Positions 28,305-38,012 of a DNA stretch of 64,000 nt are shown here, one piece after another. Under the pieces are notes generated by a model. It did not search any database. It was not told the origin of the DNA and saw only the letters and a list, made by a program, of their open reading frames with translations. Both the position numbers and the translations under genes were made by a program. Source of the DNA: a bacterium (GTDB taxonomy: Bacteria > SZUA-182 > DTGQ01); contig JBFLZW010000031.1 of assembly GCA_040755755.1 (NCBI GenBank), forward strand, positions 64,561-128,560, given 5' to 3'. How positions within the stretch are numbered: the stretch's first letter is position 1; the number at the start of each line of letters is the position of its first letter.

Positions 28305-28862
28305 ATGAAGTCGAGTATGGAAGAAATAATTCAACTTGATCCGATCATCCAGCCATCGCCAGACCAATGGTATGGCGTGCATACCCGATCTCGTCATGAG
28401 CAGGCGGTTTACGAGCGACTGACAAGTAAATCCATCCATACCTTTCTCCCCAAAATGGAGGTCTGGAGTGCGCGAAAGGACAGGCAAAAGCGGATTAGAG
28501 TGCCGATGTTTCGGGGGTACCTCTTTATCCGGGCCAACCTGGAAAACCGGCTCTGGCTTACTGTCCTGCAAACTCCGGGAGTCGCCCGGATCATCAGTAG
28601 CAACGGCAAGCCGGTACCTATCCCGGAAAACCAGATTTCCTCGATCCAGACCATTCTGGAAAACGATACGGTCGTCACTCCCTATCCTTATTTGAATATT
28701 GGCGAAAAGGTACGAATTGTGGCCGGCCCCCTTAAGGGGGTGGAAGGAATTCTTCAGCGATTTAAGTCGAATAAACAAAGACTTATTCTCTCGGTAGACC
28801 TTCTTCAGCAGTCAATCTGTGTTGAATTGAATACCATTGAAGTAGAGCCGATTAATTTCTAA
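28305..28862 (+). CDS. NusG-family paralog (UpxY/LoaP/RfaH-like specialised antiterminator)
   Basis: 185 aa. The NGN domain has WYGVHTRSRHEQAVYERL, LPKMEVWS and PMFRGYLFIR. The KOW motif is GEKVRIVAGPLKGVEGILQRF. The start is ambiguous (28305 or 28317). Confidence 0.8.
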   Translation: MKSSMEEIIQLDPIIQPSPDQWYGVHTRSRHEQAVYERLTSKSIHTFLPKMEVWSARKDRQKRIRVPMFRGYLFIRANLENRLWLTVLQTPGVARIISSNGKPVPIPENQISSIQTILENDTVVTPYPYLNIGEKVRIVAGPLKGVEGILQRFKSNKQRLILSVDLLQQSICVELNTIEVEPINF

Positions 28863-29911
28863 CTGCCGAGGGGAAGACTGCTTACCGCGTTCAGAGGAAA
28901 AATTTCTTTTCCCTCGATAAAATTCCCCGCCATTTTCCGAAAAAAACCCGCACTGGCAATCATGGCTGCATTATCGGTACACAGGAGCGGCGGGGGGTAA
29001 AAGAGCCGCAAGTTCAATTTTTGCGCACTGTGCTCCGCCCTGGTCCGGAGGCAGGAATTACAGGCCACGCCGCCGACCAGAACCAGTTGCTCTATCCCCT
29101 TGATCCGGCAGGCCCTGACGGCTTTGGTAACCAGGATATCCACCACCGCCTCCTGGAAGGAGGCGGCAATATTCCGCACCTCAGGAGAAACCTCGTCGTG
29201 CGGGGAGCCCGCTTCAGGAAGCACCAGGGAACCCTGCCGGGAGCGGACATGGTTTAAAACCGCCGTCTTTAATCCGCTGAAACTGAAATCGAAGCTGTCT
29301 TTTTCCAGGTATGCGCGAGGGAATTTAACCGCCGCCGGATTGGCGGTTTTGGCGAGCCGGTCAATTATCGGCCCTCCCGGATAGCCCAGTTGCAGGATCT
29401 TGGCAACCTTGTCAAAAGCCTCGCCTGCCGCATCGTCCCTGGTTCCGCCCAGGAATTCGTAATCCGTATGACTGTGAACGGCAAAAAGGCTGGTATGCCC
29501 GCCGGAAACCAAAAGAGCGATAAAGGGGAATTCCAGGGTGGGATAAGCCAGGAAGATCGCCTTGATGTGCCCTTCGATATGATTGACGGGAATAAGGGGC
29601 TTATGCTTCAGGTAAGCAAGCGCTTTGGCGACCGATACTCCCACCAGCAGTGAGCCGATCAGTCCTGGGCCAACGGTCACGGCAATGGCCTCGAGGTCAT
29701 CGAAATCCATCCGTGCTTCCTGAAACACCTGATCCAGGATCGGAATGATGGCTTCCATAGCCTTGCGGGCTGCAATTTCCGGCACTACCCCCCCGAATCT
29801 GTGATGGACTGCAATCTGGGAGGCTATCTCCTGGGCCACAATGTGCACTCCATCCCGGACAATGGCCACTGATGTTTCATCGCAGGAGGATTCTATGCCT
29901 AAGATGTTCAT
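28859..29911 (-). CDS. tsaD: tRNA N6-adenosine threonylcarbamoyltransferase
   Basis: 350 aa with MNILGIESSCDETSVAIV, VNHIEGH and LVSGGHT motifs. Confidence 0.94.
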   Translation of the reverse strand: MNILGIESSCDETSVAIVRDGVHIVAQEIASQIAVHHRFGGVVPEIAARKAMEAIIPILDQVFQEARMDFDDLEAIAVTVGPGLIGSLLVGVSVAKALAYLKHKPLIPVNHIEGHIKAIFLAYPTLEFPFIALLVSGGHTSLFAVHSHTDYEFLGGTRDDAAGEAFDKVAKILQLGYPGGPIIDRLAKTANPAAVKFPRAYLEKDSFDFSFSGLKTAVLNHVRSRQGSLVLPEAGSPHDEVSPEVRNIAASFQEAVVDILVTKAVRACRIKGIEQLVLVGGVACNSCLRTRAEHSAQKLNLRLFYPPPLLCTDNAAMIASAGFFRKMAGNFIEGKEIFPLNAVSSLPLGS

Positions 29912-29972
29912 ACTAATACCCCCCCATGAACAAGCAATAACCCGCTATAACACTAACTGATTTAGTATTTCT

Positions 29973-30097
29973 CCCGCAGAGACGCAGAGGCGCAGAGGAT
30001 ATCATTTGCCAGTTGACATATGGCCATGACAAGATCAACACTATAGTTATCTCTATATCATTTTTGGTCATTCTCTGCGCCTCTGCGTCTCTGCGGG
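29973..30097. repeat. perfect 25-bp inverted repeat made of CGCAGAGR octamer triplets
   Basis: CCCGCAGAGACGCAGAGGCGCAGAG (29973-29997) is the exact reverse complement of CTCTGCGCCTCTGCGTCTCTGCGGG (30073-30097), with a 75-nt loop. Each arm is three tandem octamers (CGCAGAGA CGCAGAGG CGCAGAGG). It lies between yibQ and tsaD on the same strand. Confidence 0.75.
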
Positions 30098-30135
30098 AAA
30101 TCGTTTACATTTTGTATTTCTGGGCAACCCCTTAC

Positions 30136-31377
30136 TTATTTCACCAGCTCCGATACCCTGACCAGGGTGATACCCTTGTCCCGGAACTTCGAAGCCGACT
30201 CCCTCAATGCCTGAATGGTCGCCGGATGAAGATGCCCTATGCCCACGGCCTGGCCATCCTTCAATGCCGTGTCGATCAGGAGGTCAATCTGACGACGGAT
30301 AGAGCTGACACTCTTCTGGTTGTCTAAAAATACCTGCCGGCGGGCACTCGGAACCTCAAGGGCCTGGGCGATTTCATAGCCGACGCTTCCTGGCGTGGTC
30401 CTGCTGTCAAGAAAATATAATCCACGGCTTTTCAGCTCTTCGAGAATCACCTGCATGGATTTTCGGTCCTCCAGCATCAGGGAGCCCATGTGATTATTCA
30501 CTCCCCTGGCCCCCGGCACATCCCGCAGGCCGGAGTCAAGGATTTTGAGCATCTCCTCTTTACTCATGCCAACCTGTAAGGTGTTCTTTTCCCAATAGGC
30601 CAAAGCGCATTGGCGTGGCTGCATGGGAAGGTGGAGGATGATTTCCCATGAGCGGTCATGGGCCATCTGGGCGCACTGCCGGGAAAAAGGGTGATGGGGC
30701 AGAATGGATACATTCAGGATGAGGTTCAGGTCAAACAGTGCCCTGGCCAGCTGGCGGTTATACCCCAGGTCATCGATCACCAGGGCGACCCTGGCTCTCT
30801 GCTTTCGCCTGGCCGCAGGATGCCGCTCTTCGGAGAGAATCCTGCTCTGGAAGATCAGGATGTAGCTTGCGGTATTTGTGTCTTTACTCCCCAGGAAGAA
30901 AACCATCTGCCGGTGCGAAGGGGAAATCGTTTCTTCATGGCTGGTGAAGACTTTTCCGCCACGGGCTTGAACCAGATCAAGAACTGTCTTACGGATTTTC
31001 GTCCACAGGCCCCTGTCCCCAAGCTCGATTACCCGCTTCAGCGGCAGCGAAGAAGAATCCTCGCCGCCGCTGGCAGTAACACCTTCAAGCCCCAAATCAG
31101 ACAGGGCTGTTTGAAGAGCTGAATCGAATTCCTGTGCCCAAAAGAAGCGTTTTTCTTCTTCATTCAGAATATCCGGCGGTGGCGGGATAAGCGGGGAGCC
31201 CTTCCCCCGGCTGAAGAACAGGGACTTTGCATATTCAGCGCCCTGGTGGAATTTATCCGCAAGCCTGCTCGTGGTGATGGAGAGGAAGCCCAGGATCAGG
31301 AAGAAACCTGCCAGAGCCAGAATGATGCCGGCAGGTTTCCCTTTGTCGCTTCGCTTTCTTTTTTTCCTTCTTCCCAT
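30136..31377 (-). CDS. divergent polysaccharide deacetylase family protein (YibQ-like)
   Basis: 413 aa. An N-terminal basic region and TM segment are followed by VALVIDDLGYN, ILPHHPF and HLPMQP motifs typical of YibQ/DUF610. Confidence 0.8.
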   Translation of the reverse strand: MGRRKKRKRSDKGKPAGIILALAGFFLILGFLSITTSRLADKFHQGAEYAKSLFFSRGKGSPLIPPPPDILNEEEKRFFWAQEFDSALQTALSDLGLEGVTASGGEDSSSLPLKRVIELGDRGLWTKIRKTVLDLVQARGGKVFTSHEETISPSHRQMVFFLGSKDTNTASYILIFQSRILSEERHPAARRKQRARVALVIDDLGYNRQLARALFDLNLILNVSILPHHPFSRQCAQMAHDRSWEIILHLPMQPRQCALAYWEKNTLQVGMSKEEMLKILDSGLRDVPGARGVNNHMGSLMLEDRKSMQVILEELKSRGLYFLDSRTTPGSVGYEIAQALEVPSARRQVFLDNQKSVSSIRRQIDLLIDTALKDGQAVGIGHLHPATIQALRESASKFRDKGITLVRVSELVK

Positions 31378-31395
31378 CTTCTTCTCTGGACAAGC

Positions 31396-32760
31396 TTACA
31401 GTTTTTTGCTTGCCTCGAGAATTTTGGAAGCTTTAATAATATCGATGGCACGCTGCAGCTGCAGGTCCTCGAAGTATTTGGCCTCATCACCCTCTTTGGT
31501 CTTCGGTGAGTTGGGATCAGGCTGCGGCTCTGGCGGGGGAGCCTCTTCTTCACCCTCCGGCTCCAGATTCTTTTTCCGGTTTTCCATATCGACCAGATCC
31601 TTTTCCCTGATGGCATGCTCCTCCGAAATGACCATTTTCTTATCTTCCAGGCGCATGTTCTCAACGACGATATCCGGTGTAATTCCCTTGGCATGGATGG
31701 AGGTGCCTTTTGGAGTATAATATTTGGCCGTGGTCAGGCGCAGGGCGGAACCATCCGATAAGGGGTAGATAGTCTGAACCGACCCCTTGCCGAAGGTTTT
31801 GGTTCCCACCAGTACCGCCCGGCCCCAGTCCTGCAAGGCCCCGGCCACGATCTCGGAAGCGCTGGCACTGCCTGCATTGACCAGGACAACCATGGGCATG
31901 CCCTTGGGGATGAGAGGATCATGGGTTGATTTGAAGGTAATGGTCTGCTCCTCCCCTCTCCCTCTGGTGGTGACAATCACCAGTCCTTTAGGCAAAAACT
32001 TGTCGGCCACATCTACCGCCACGCTCAGCAGTCCGCCGGCATTGAACCGCTCATCGAGAATAAGTCCGTCAAGTTCCTGAATCTTCATGCCCTTGAGCTC
32101 TTTCACCATGTCCGTGGCGGTATTTTCCTGAAACTGGCGCAGCCGGATGTAGCCGATTTTCTTGTCGATGACCTTTGAGCTGACACTGGCCAGTTTGATG
32201 ATTCCCCGGGTAACGGTGAAATCCTTGGGTTTTTCGAACTCCTTGCGCATTATGGTCAGGGTCACTTTGGTCCCTTTCGGTCCCTTGATTCTCTTGGCCG
32301 CTTCGGTCAACGACATGTCACGGGTCGAGACATCGTCGATTTTTAAAATCTGGTCTTCGGATTTCAGACCCATCTGAAAAGCAGGCGTACCTTCAATCGG
32401 AGAAACAATGATCAGCACCCCGTCACGGATGGAGATTTCGATTCCGATGCCCTCGAACTTGCCCTGAGTATCAACCTGCATCTCCTTATACATGTCCGGT
32501 GTCATGAAGGAGCTGTGAGGATCAAGGGTCTGGAGCATGCCTTTGATAGCGCCGTAGACCAGATCCTTGACCTGGAATTCATCCACGTAGTTGCCCTGCA
32601 CCTTGGAGAGCACCTCACTGAAGATCCTGAGATCCTCATAGGATTCCTTTCCGGATACTACGGCCCGGCTGCCCAGACTGAAGATTCCTCCCATGAATAA
32701 AGCCATAATGAGAAGAGCATAGAGAATAATTCTTTTCTTCCTGTGCACTGCTTTTTCCAT
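31396..32760 (-). CDS. S41 carboxy-terminal processing peptidase
   Basis: 454 aa with a signal/TM segment, a PDZ domain (GIGIEISIRDG...SPIEGTPA) and the catalytic region LVNAGSASASEI with a downstream K (TFGKGSVQ). Confidence 0.9.
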   Translation of the reverse strand: MEKAVHRKKRIILYALLIMALFMGGIFSLGSRAVVSGKESYEDLRIFSEVLSKVQGNYVDEFQVKDLVYGAIKGMLQTLDPHSSFMTPDMYKEMQVDTQGKFEGIGIEISIRDGVLIIVSPIEGTPAFQMGLKSEDQILKIDDVSTRDMSLTEAAKRIKGPKGTKVTLTIMRKEFEKPKDFTVTRGIIKLASVSSKVIDKKIGYIRLRQFQENTATDMVKELKGMKIQELDGLILDERFNAGGLLSVAVDVADKFLPKGLVIVTTRGRGEEQTITFKSTHDPLIPKGMPMVVLVNAGSASASEIVAGALQDWGRAVLVGTKTFGKGSVQTIYPLSDGSALRLTTAKYYTPKGTSIHAKGITPDIVVENMRLEDKKMVISEEHAIREKDLVDMENRKKNLEPEGEEEAPPPEPQPDPNSPKTKEGDEAKYFEDLQLQRAIDIIKASKILEASKKL

Positions 32761-32810
32761 TTGTATCTCCTTAAAGTTTTTATCTATAACTTTAGTTACC
32801 TGCCATTAGG

Positions 32811-34028
32811 TTACTGTAGCCATATTAAGGGGTCTACAGGATTTCCCCGGAAGCGGATCTCAAAATAGACCTGCGGACTGCTCACACCTCCGGTATCACC
32901 AATCCGGGCGATGGGTTGTTTCTCCTGGACGGAGTCCCCGGAATTTACCAGCAATTCCGAGGCATGGGCATAGACACTGCAATACCCTTCTCCGTGGTCC
33001 ACAATCAGCAATTTCCCATATCCAAGACACCAGTCCGCATAGGCCACTCTTCCTGGATAAATAGAGCAGATTTCCTTCCCAGCCGGGGCCTGAATAGTGA
33101 CTCCTTTTCTCCAGGTTGCATTCCCCGCTGTGCCGGTGGGTTGTTTGCCGAAAGGAGAAGAGGAAACGATCTTTCCCTGGACAGGCCAGGGGAGCTTGCC
33201 CCTTCTGGCTGCAAATCCGGACGCAGGAGAAGGTTTGATCTGCTGCAGGCGGCGCTTCTTTTCCAGATCGGTCAATAATGCCTGAAGATCGTTTAATCGG
33301 TTCGATAATCCCTGATGGGCAAGACGGTATTCATTTTCCCGGGCCCGAAGTGCCTTGAGGTGCTTTTCTTTCTCATTTTTCTTTTGGATCCACGCTCTTT
33401 CCTGTTCGGCTGCGCTTTTTTGAAGCTCCTCGATTTCCTGCTGATGAAGATACATCTTTTCTTTTTTAATCTTAAGCTCTTCTATTTGATGGGAAAACCG
33501 CTGGATCAATCGGGAATCCTCTTCGGCAATCAATTTCATGTAGCTCACCTTCCGCCAAAGTTCAGTCATGGACTCAGCTCCCAGAATCACCCGCCAGAAT
33601 CTCAAGGGTCCTGCCTGATATACTGATCGAAGGCGTAAGGCCAGGAGATTTTTCTGCCTGGCCACAGAGCCCTGCTCTCGGTTGATCTCAAGGCTCAATT
33701 CTTCCTGCTTCAGCTTAACACTATTTATTTTATCGTCCAGTATGGCGCGTTTATACTTGTACTTTTCCGCTAATTGATCGCAGAGTTCAATTTTGCGGAG
33801 AACTTCCTCCTCTCCGGCCCGGGTTTTTTTCAATCTGTTCTCACTCTCCCGGATTTGCTGCTCAATCGCCTTTACCTTTCCCTGCGCCTGATTGATTTGC
33901 TGCTGCAGCGAGTCCTTTTTATTTGCCGCATACCCTGGGGAACTGAAAAGAGCCGCCAGAAAAAGTACCACGGTTTTCAACAACAGGATATCATAGCTGT
34001 TTTCTCTCCAAAAAGCAATCATTTCCAA
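32811..34028 (-). CDS. EnvC-like murein hydrolase activator (coiled coil + degenerate LytM/M23 domain)
   Basis: 405 aa with a signal peptide, a long coiled coil and a C-terminal M23 fold. The HxH site reads SPQVYFEIR instead of GPHLHFE, so the metal ligands are lost as in EnvC-type activators. It sits next to ftsEX. Confidence 0.8.
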   Translation of the reverse strand: MEMIAFWRENSYDILLLKTVVLFLAALFSSPGYAANKKDSLQQQINQAQGKVKAIEQQIRESENRLKKTRAGEEEVLRKIELCDQLAEKYKYKRAILDDKINSVKLKQEELSLEINREQGSVARQKNLLALRLRSVYQAGPLRFWRVILGAESMTELWRKVSYMKLIAEEDSRLIQRFSHQIEELKIKKEKMYLHQQEIEELQKSAAEQERAWIQKKNEKEKHLKALRARENEYRLAHQGLSNRLNDLQALLTDLEKKRRLQQIKPSPASGFAARRGKLPWPVQGKIVSSSPFGKQPTGTAGNATWRKGVTIQAPAGKEICSIYPGRVAYADWCLGYGKLLIVDHGEGYCSVYAHASELLVNSGDSVQEKQPIARIGDTGGVSSPQVYFEIRFRGNPVDPLIWLQ

Positions 34029-34042
34029 GCATTATCCTATCT

Positions 34043-34945
34043 TTAGGCCGAGCGGAGGGATAATGAAACCACGGCCCCGAACCCCCCGATAACCGAACCC
34101 AGAACAAGGACCAGAATCACTTTTTCCAGTTCCAGAAAGGTGATGGCAGATGCCCCGAAAATCAGATTTACCAGGGGGCTCACTTTCCAGCAGAAGGCAT
34201 GGTATACTGCGGCTGAGATCGCAATCGCCAACCCCCCGCCGAGAAAGCCCTCAAACATCCCCTCAAAGAGAAAGGGAAGACGGATATACCACTCGCTTGC
34301 GCCTATGAGTCGCATGATCGAAATTTCCTCCCGCCGCCGGTCAATGGTCAGATGAATCGTGCTGGCAGTGATAAACAGGGAAATGATGGCCAGTATGGCC
34401 CCCAGGAGGGACAGAACCAGACGGCTGACCGATACCAGGCTGGATAACCTTTCCACCCATTCAACTCCCCCCTGGATACTTTCCACTTCGGGCTGTCTGG
34501 ACAGATACTTCATCAGGGACTTTAACCGGGCAGGCTCTTTCAGAGCGGGATCCAGGAATAATTCAAAAGAGGCAGGCAGCGGGTTGGTATCAAGGCCATC
34601 CAGAAGTCGTGCATCCCTGCCGAGCGAATTTCTGAATTCCTCCAAGGCCATAGCCTTGGAAACATAGCGGACTCTGGAGATTTCAGTTATGCTGGCGAGT
34701 ACCTGCTGCAGCCGCCCGGTTTGCTCGCGGGTAAGATTGTCCCGCAGGTACACAACAACCTGAAGATTGCTGGCTGAGTCAAGGGCTTTGGAAAGATTGG
34801 AAAGGGCCATGAAGTACAGGCACAGAAGAAGCATCGAGCAGGCGATGCTCATTACGGCGATACCGGCGGGTATTCCGGCAGATCGAAGATCCTGGAGCCC
34901 CTGGCGAAGGAGGTAGGACAGTTGGCGAACCTTAGCAGTGAACAA
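34043..34945 (-). CDS. ftsX: cell division permease-like protein FtsX
   Basis: 300 aa with four predicted TM segments and a periplasmic loop. The RRREEISIMRLIGAS motif is typical of FtsX. It overlaps the ftsE stop by 14 nt. Confidence 0.85.
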   Translation of the reverse strand: MFTAKVRQLSYLLRQGLQDLRSAGIPAGIAVMSIACSMLLLCLYFMALSNLSKALDSASNLQVVVYLRDNLTREQTGRLQQVLASITEISRVRYVSKAMALEEFRNSLGRDARLLDGLDTNPLPASFELFLDPALKEPARLKSLMKYLSRQPEVESIQGGVEWVERLSSLVSVSRLVLSLLGAILAIISLFITASTIHLTIDRRREEISIMRLIGASEWYIRLPFLFEGMFEGFLGGGLAIAISAAVYHAFCWKVSPLVNLIFGASAITFLELEKVILVLVLGSVIGGFGAVVSLSLRSA

Positions 34946-35630
34946 TTTTACCTTCTCGCAGGTAAATGACCCGCTTTTTCATCTCCTCAATGATCCGCAG
35001 GTTATGCGTTGCCATCAGCACCGTTGTCCCCTGGATATTGATATCGGTAAAAATCCTCATCACGTCCCTGGCCGCGTCCATATCCAGGTTTCCCGTCGGC
35101 TCATCCGCCAGGAGTAAGACCGGATCATTGACCACGGCCCGGGCAATGGCTACCCGCTGCTGCTCGCCCCCCGACAGCCTCTTCGGATAGTAATCCATCT
35201 TGCGCTCGAGGCCAACCCGCCTGAGGCAATTCCATACCTTCCGCTCGATTTCGGGTTTTGGTTTGCCCAGGACCTGCAACAGGTAGGCGACGTTCTCAAA
35301 CACCGTTTTGGAGTGAATCAGTTTGAAATCCTGAAAGACTACCCCCATTTTCCGGCGCAGATGGCAGATCTGGCTGCTCTTGATCTTACCGATATTCCTG
35401 CCGTTAACGATGATTTGTCCGGAAGATGCCTGCTCCTCCCGGAGAATGAGCCGCATCAGGGTCGTCTTTCCGGCTCCGCTCGGCCCGGCCAGGAAAACCA
35501 TCTCTCCCGGATCGATTCGCAGATTGATGTCAGTCAGAGCACTGCAATGGCCATCGAATGTTTTATGGACATGAAACATTTGGACGATAGCCGATAAAGA
35601 GGCCGAGATCGGGGCCGAAAGCGGTTGCAC
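34932..35630 (-). CDS. ftsE: cell division ATP-binding protein FtsE
   Basis: Contains Walker [10 protein letters not shown], the ABC signature LSGGEQQRV and Walker B LLLADEP. The canonical N-terminus aligns with M18 (35579). The GTG at 35630 has AAGGA upstream, so the start is uncertain. Confidence 0.9.
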   Translation of the reverse strand: MQPLSAPISASLSAIVQMFHVHKTFDGHCSALTDINLRIDPGEMVFLAGPSGAGKTTLMRLILREEQASSGQIIVNGRNIGKIKSSQICHLRRKMGVVFQDFKLIHSKTVFENVAYLLQVLGKPKPEIERKVWNCLRRVGLERKMDYYPKRLSGGEQQRVAIARAVVNDPVLLLADEPTGNLDMDAARDVMRIFTDINIQGTTVLMATHNLRIIEEMKKRVIYLREGKIVHC

Positions 35631-35642
35631 GGGAGCTATCCT

Positions 35643-36590
35643 TTAATTCCTCTTCTTTCTGGCCACTATTTCCCTGACGGCTTTAACGACCGCCTCAGCG
35701 GTCAGGCCATAATGGGTCAGCAGTTTTTCTGCATCTCCGGAAACTCCGAAGCTATCATTCAGGCCGATTCTTTTCAGGGGAACCGGGCATTGTTCTGAAA
35801 TGACTTCAGCCACCGCGCTTCCCAGTCCTCCAATAATCGAATGCTCTTCAGCGGTCACGATACAGCCGGTCTCCCGGGCTGCGGCCAGGATAGCCTGCTG
35901 ATCGATGGGCTTCAGGGTGGACATATTCAGGACGCGGACAGAAATGCCCTCGCTTTTCAGTATCTCGCTGGCCTTCAGTGCCCGGCTGACCATGACCCCA
36001 ATGGCGATCACGGTGGCATCGCTGCCATCTTCAAGCAGAGCGGCCTTTCCCTTCTGGAAAGTGTAGTCGGAACCCAAAACCACCGGGAACTTGCATCTGC
36101 TCAGCCGCACATAGACAGGGCTTTTGTCATTGACCAGATATTCCAGCACCTTCTCCGTTTCAATTCCATCTGCGGGTACGATAATATTCATATTGGGCAG
36201 ACTCCGCATCAGGGCAATATCCTCATTGGCCTGGTGGGTAGCGCTGTCTTCTCCCACGGTCACGCCTGCATGGGTGGCTACGATCTTAACGTTCTGCATG
36301 GAATAACAAAGAGATTGCCGGATCTGGTCCCAGGCCCTTCCGGTAGCGAAAACGGCAAAGGTGCTGACGAACGGAATCTTCCCGAAGGCAGCCAGCCCGG
36401 CTGCCGTGGCAATCATATCCTGCTCGGCGATTCCGATATTAAAAAACCTGTCCGGAAAGGCCCTGGCAAATTTTTCGGTCCGGGTAGAACAGGAAAGGTC
36501 TGCGTCGAGCACGACAATGTCAGGATTCTGCTGTCCCAGTCTCACCAATACGTCTCCATAAACATCACGAGTACCTAAACTTTGACTCAT
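35643..36590 (-). CDS. transketolase, C-terminal (pyrimidine-binding) subunit
   Basis: 315 aa with FFNIGIAEQDM, FVSTFAVF and C-terminal domain motifs. It directly follows the N-terminal subunit gene. Confidence 0.9.
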   Translation of the reverse strand: MSQSLGTRDVYGDVLVRLGQQNPDIVVLDADLSCSTRTEKFARAFPDRFFNIGIAEQDMIATAAGLAAFGKIPFVSTFAVFATGRAWDQIRQSLCYSMQNVKIVATHAGVTVGEDSATHQANEDIALMRSLPNMNIIVPADGIETEKVLEYLVNDKSPVYVRLSRCKFPVVLGSDYTFQKGKAALLEDGSDATVIAIGVMVSRALKASEILKSEGISVRVLNMSTLKPIDQQAILAAARETGCIVTAEEHSIIGGLGSAVAEVISEQCPVPLKRIGLNDSFGVSGDAEKLLTHYGLTAEAVVKAVREIVARKKRN

Positions 36591-36593
36591 AGC

Positions 36594-37448
36594 TCACCTC
36601 AACTCCAGTAATGCTTTTTCCAATTCCGCCTCGGTCGGCGCAACCCCATGATAGTGCACTTTGCCTTCCATAAAGGAAACCCCCTTGCCTTTGACCGTGT
36701 GGGCAACGATCAGCGAGGGCTTGCCCTTGACCTGTTCACACCGCTCAAATGTCGAGAGGAGAGCCGACAGGTCATGGCCATCGACCTCAAAAACCTGCCA
36801 GCCGAAAGATTCCCATTTTGGGGCTATGGGCTCGATATTCTTTATTTGGGACAGTGAACCATCAATTTGCAGTTTATTGGCATCGATGATGCCGCAGACA
36901 TTATCGAGCTTATAATGGGCCGCGGTCATGGCCGCCTCCCATATCTGGCCCTCCTGAGTCTCTCCGTCCCCCATTAAAACATATATCCTGGCCTCGGATT
37001 TGTTCAGTCTGGCAGCCAGGGCCATTCCATTGGCTACGGATAATCCCTGCCCCAGGGAGCCGGTTGAAATTTCGACCCCCGGAGTGGTCAGATTAAAGGG
37101 ATGCCCTTGCAGCATCCCGCCGAGTTTGCGAAGGTTGTCGAGCTCTGCCTTGTCGAAGTAGCCGAGTCGGGCCAGAGTGGCATACAGGGCCGGCGCTCCG
37201 TGTCCTTTCGACAGGACGAACCGGTCGCGGCCGGGCCATCGGGGATTTTTCGGATCATGGCGTAACTTCACCATGTACAGTGCGACCAGAATCTCGATGA
37301 TGGATAAAGATCCCCCCGTATGTCCGGATCCGGCGCGGGTTAACATGCGCAAAACTTCGATGCGTAATTGACGGGCCGTCTCTTTCAATTCTATAATTTT
37401 GCTCTCCGGCAATGATGACATAAATTCTTCCTCTTTACTAGGGCTCAA
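36594..37448 (-). CDS. transketolase, N-terminal (TPP-binding) subunit
   Basis: 284 aa with SGHTGGSLS, VLSKGHGAPALYA and GDGETQEGQIWEA motifs. Confidence 0.9.
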   Translation of the reverse strand: MSPSKEEEFMSSLPESKIIELKETARQLRIEVLRMLTRAGSGHTGGSLSIIEILVALYMVKLRHDPKNPRWPGRDRFVLSKGHGAPALYATLARLGYFDKAELDNLRKLGGMLQGHPFNLTTPGVEISTGSLGQGLSVANGMALAARLNKSEARIYVLMGDGETQEGQIWEAAMTAAHYKLDNVCGIIDANKLQIDGSLSQIKNIEPIAPKWESFGWQVFEVDGHDLSALLSTFERCEQVKGKPSLIVAHTVKGKGVSFMEGKVHYHGVAPTEAELEKALLELR

Positions 37449-37619
37449 TCAATCTGACAGTTCCAGCGCGAATAGGCTCAACCTGAATGCAAAGAAAAAT
37501 ACCCAACATATCTCACACATCGGTATTCTTCAAGGCAAAATACGAGGGACGAATTACTCCGTGGTAGAATGGAAAACACTTGCGTTGGCTGGACCTTACT
37601 GATAATAGGTTGAATAATA

Positions 37620-37853
37620 TTATTCTTCAATTAATTCCAACACGTATCTCATTTTTTCTTTCCCGCCGGCGCTGGCCAGCAGAGTTCGGATAGCCGATAT
37701 GGTACGGCCTTTTTTCCCGATTACCTTCCCAATATCATCTTTTGCTACCTTAAGTTCAATAATCGTCGTTCTGCCTCCATCGATCTCGCTGATATTCACA
37801 TCTTCCGGGCTGTCCACAATCGCTTTCACAATTTTTCTAATAATGTCTCTCAT
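37620..37853 (-). CDS. KH-domain RNA-binding protein (UPF0109/YlqC-like)
   Basis: IVDSPEDVNISEIDGGRTTIIELKVAKDDIGKVIGKKGRTISAIRTLL contains the GxxG KH motif. The start at M29 (37853, AAGAGG upstream) is preferred over the listed 37937. Confidence 0.75.
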   Translation of the reverse strand: MRDIIRKIVKAIVDSPEDVNISEIDGGRTTIIELKVAKDDIGKVIGKKGRTISAIRTLLASAGGKEKMRYVLELIEE

Positions 37854-38012
37854 ACAACCGTACCTCTTTCTACCTTGATCTTCCTTGCTCTTTTCTTCAT
37901 TTTCTTTTGATCTGTCTCGAAAAAATTTTCCTAGCATAATGGATTCATTTTATAACAATTGGCATCATATTTGTCAACAAAAATAGTGAATCGTGAAAAA
38001 TCCCGGTTTTCC

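Noticed and set aside
30013-30327. 104-aa plus-strand ORF
   Set aside because: It starts in the loop of the 25-bp inverted repeat and runs antisense into yibQ. It has no SD and no motifs.
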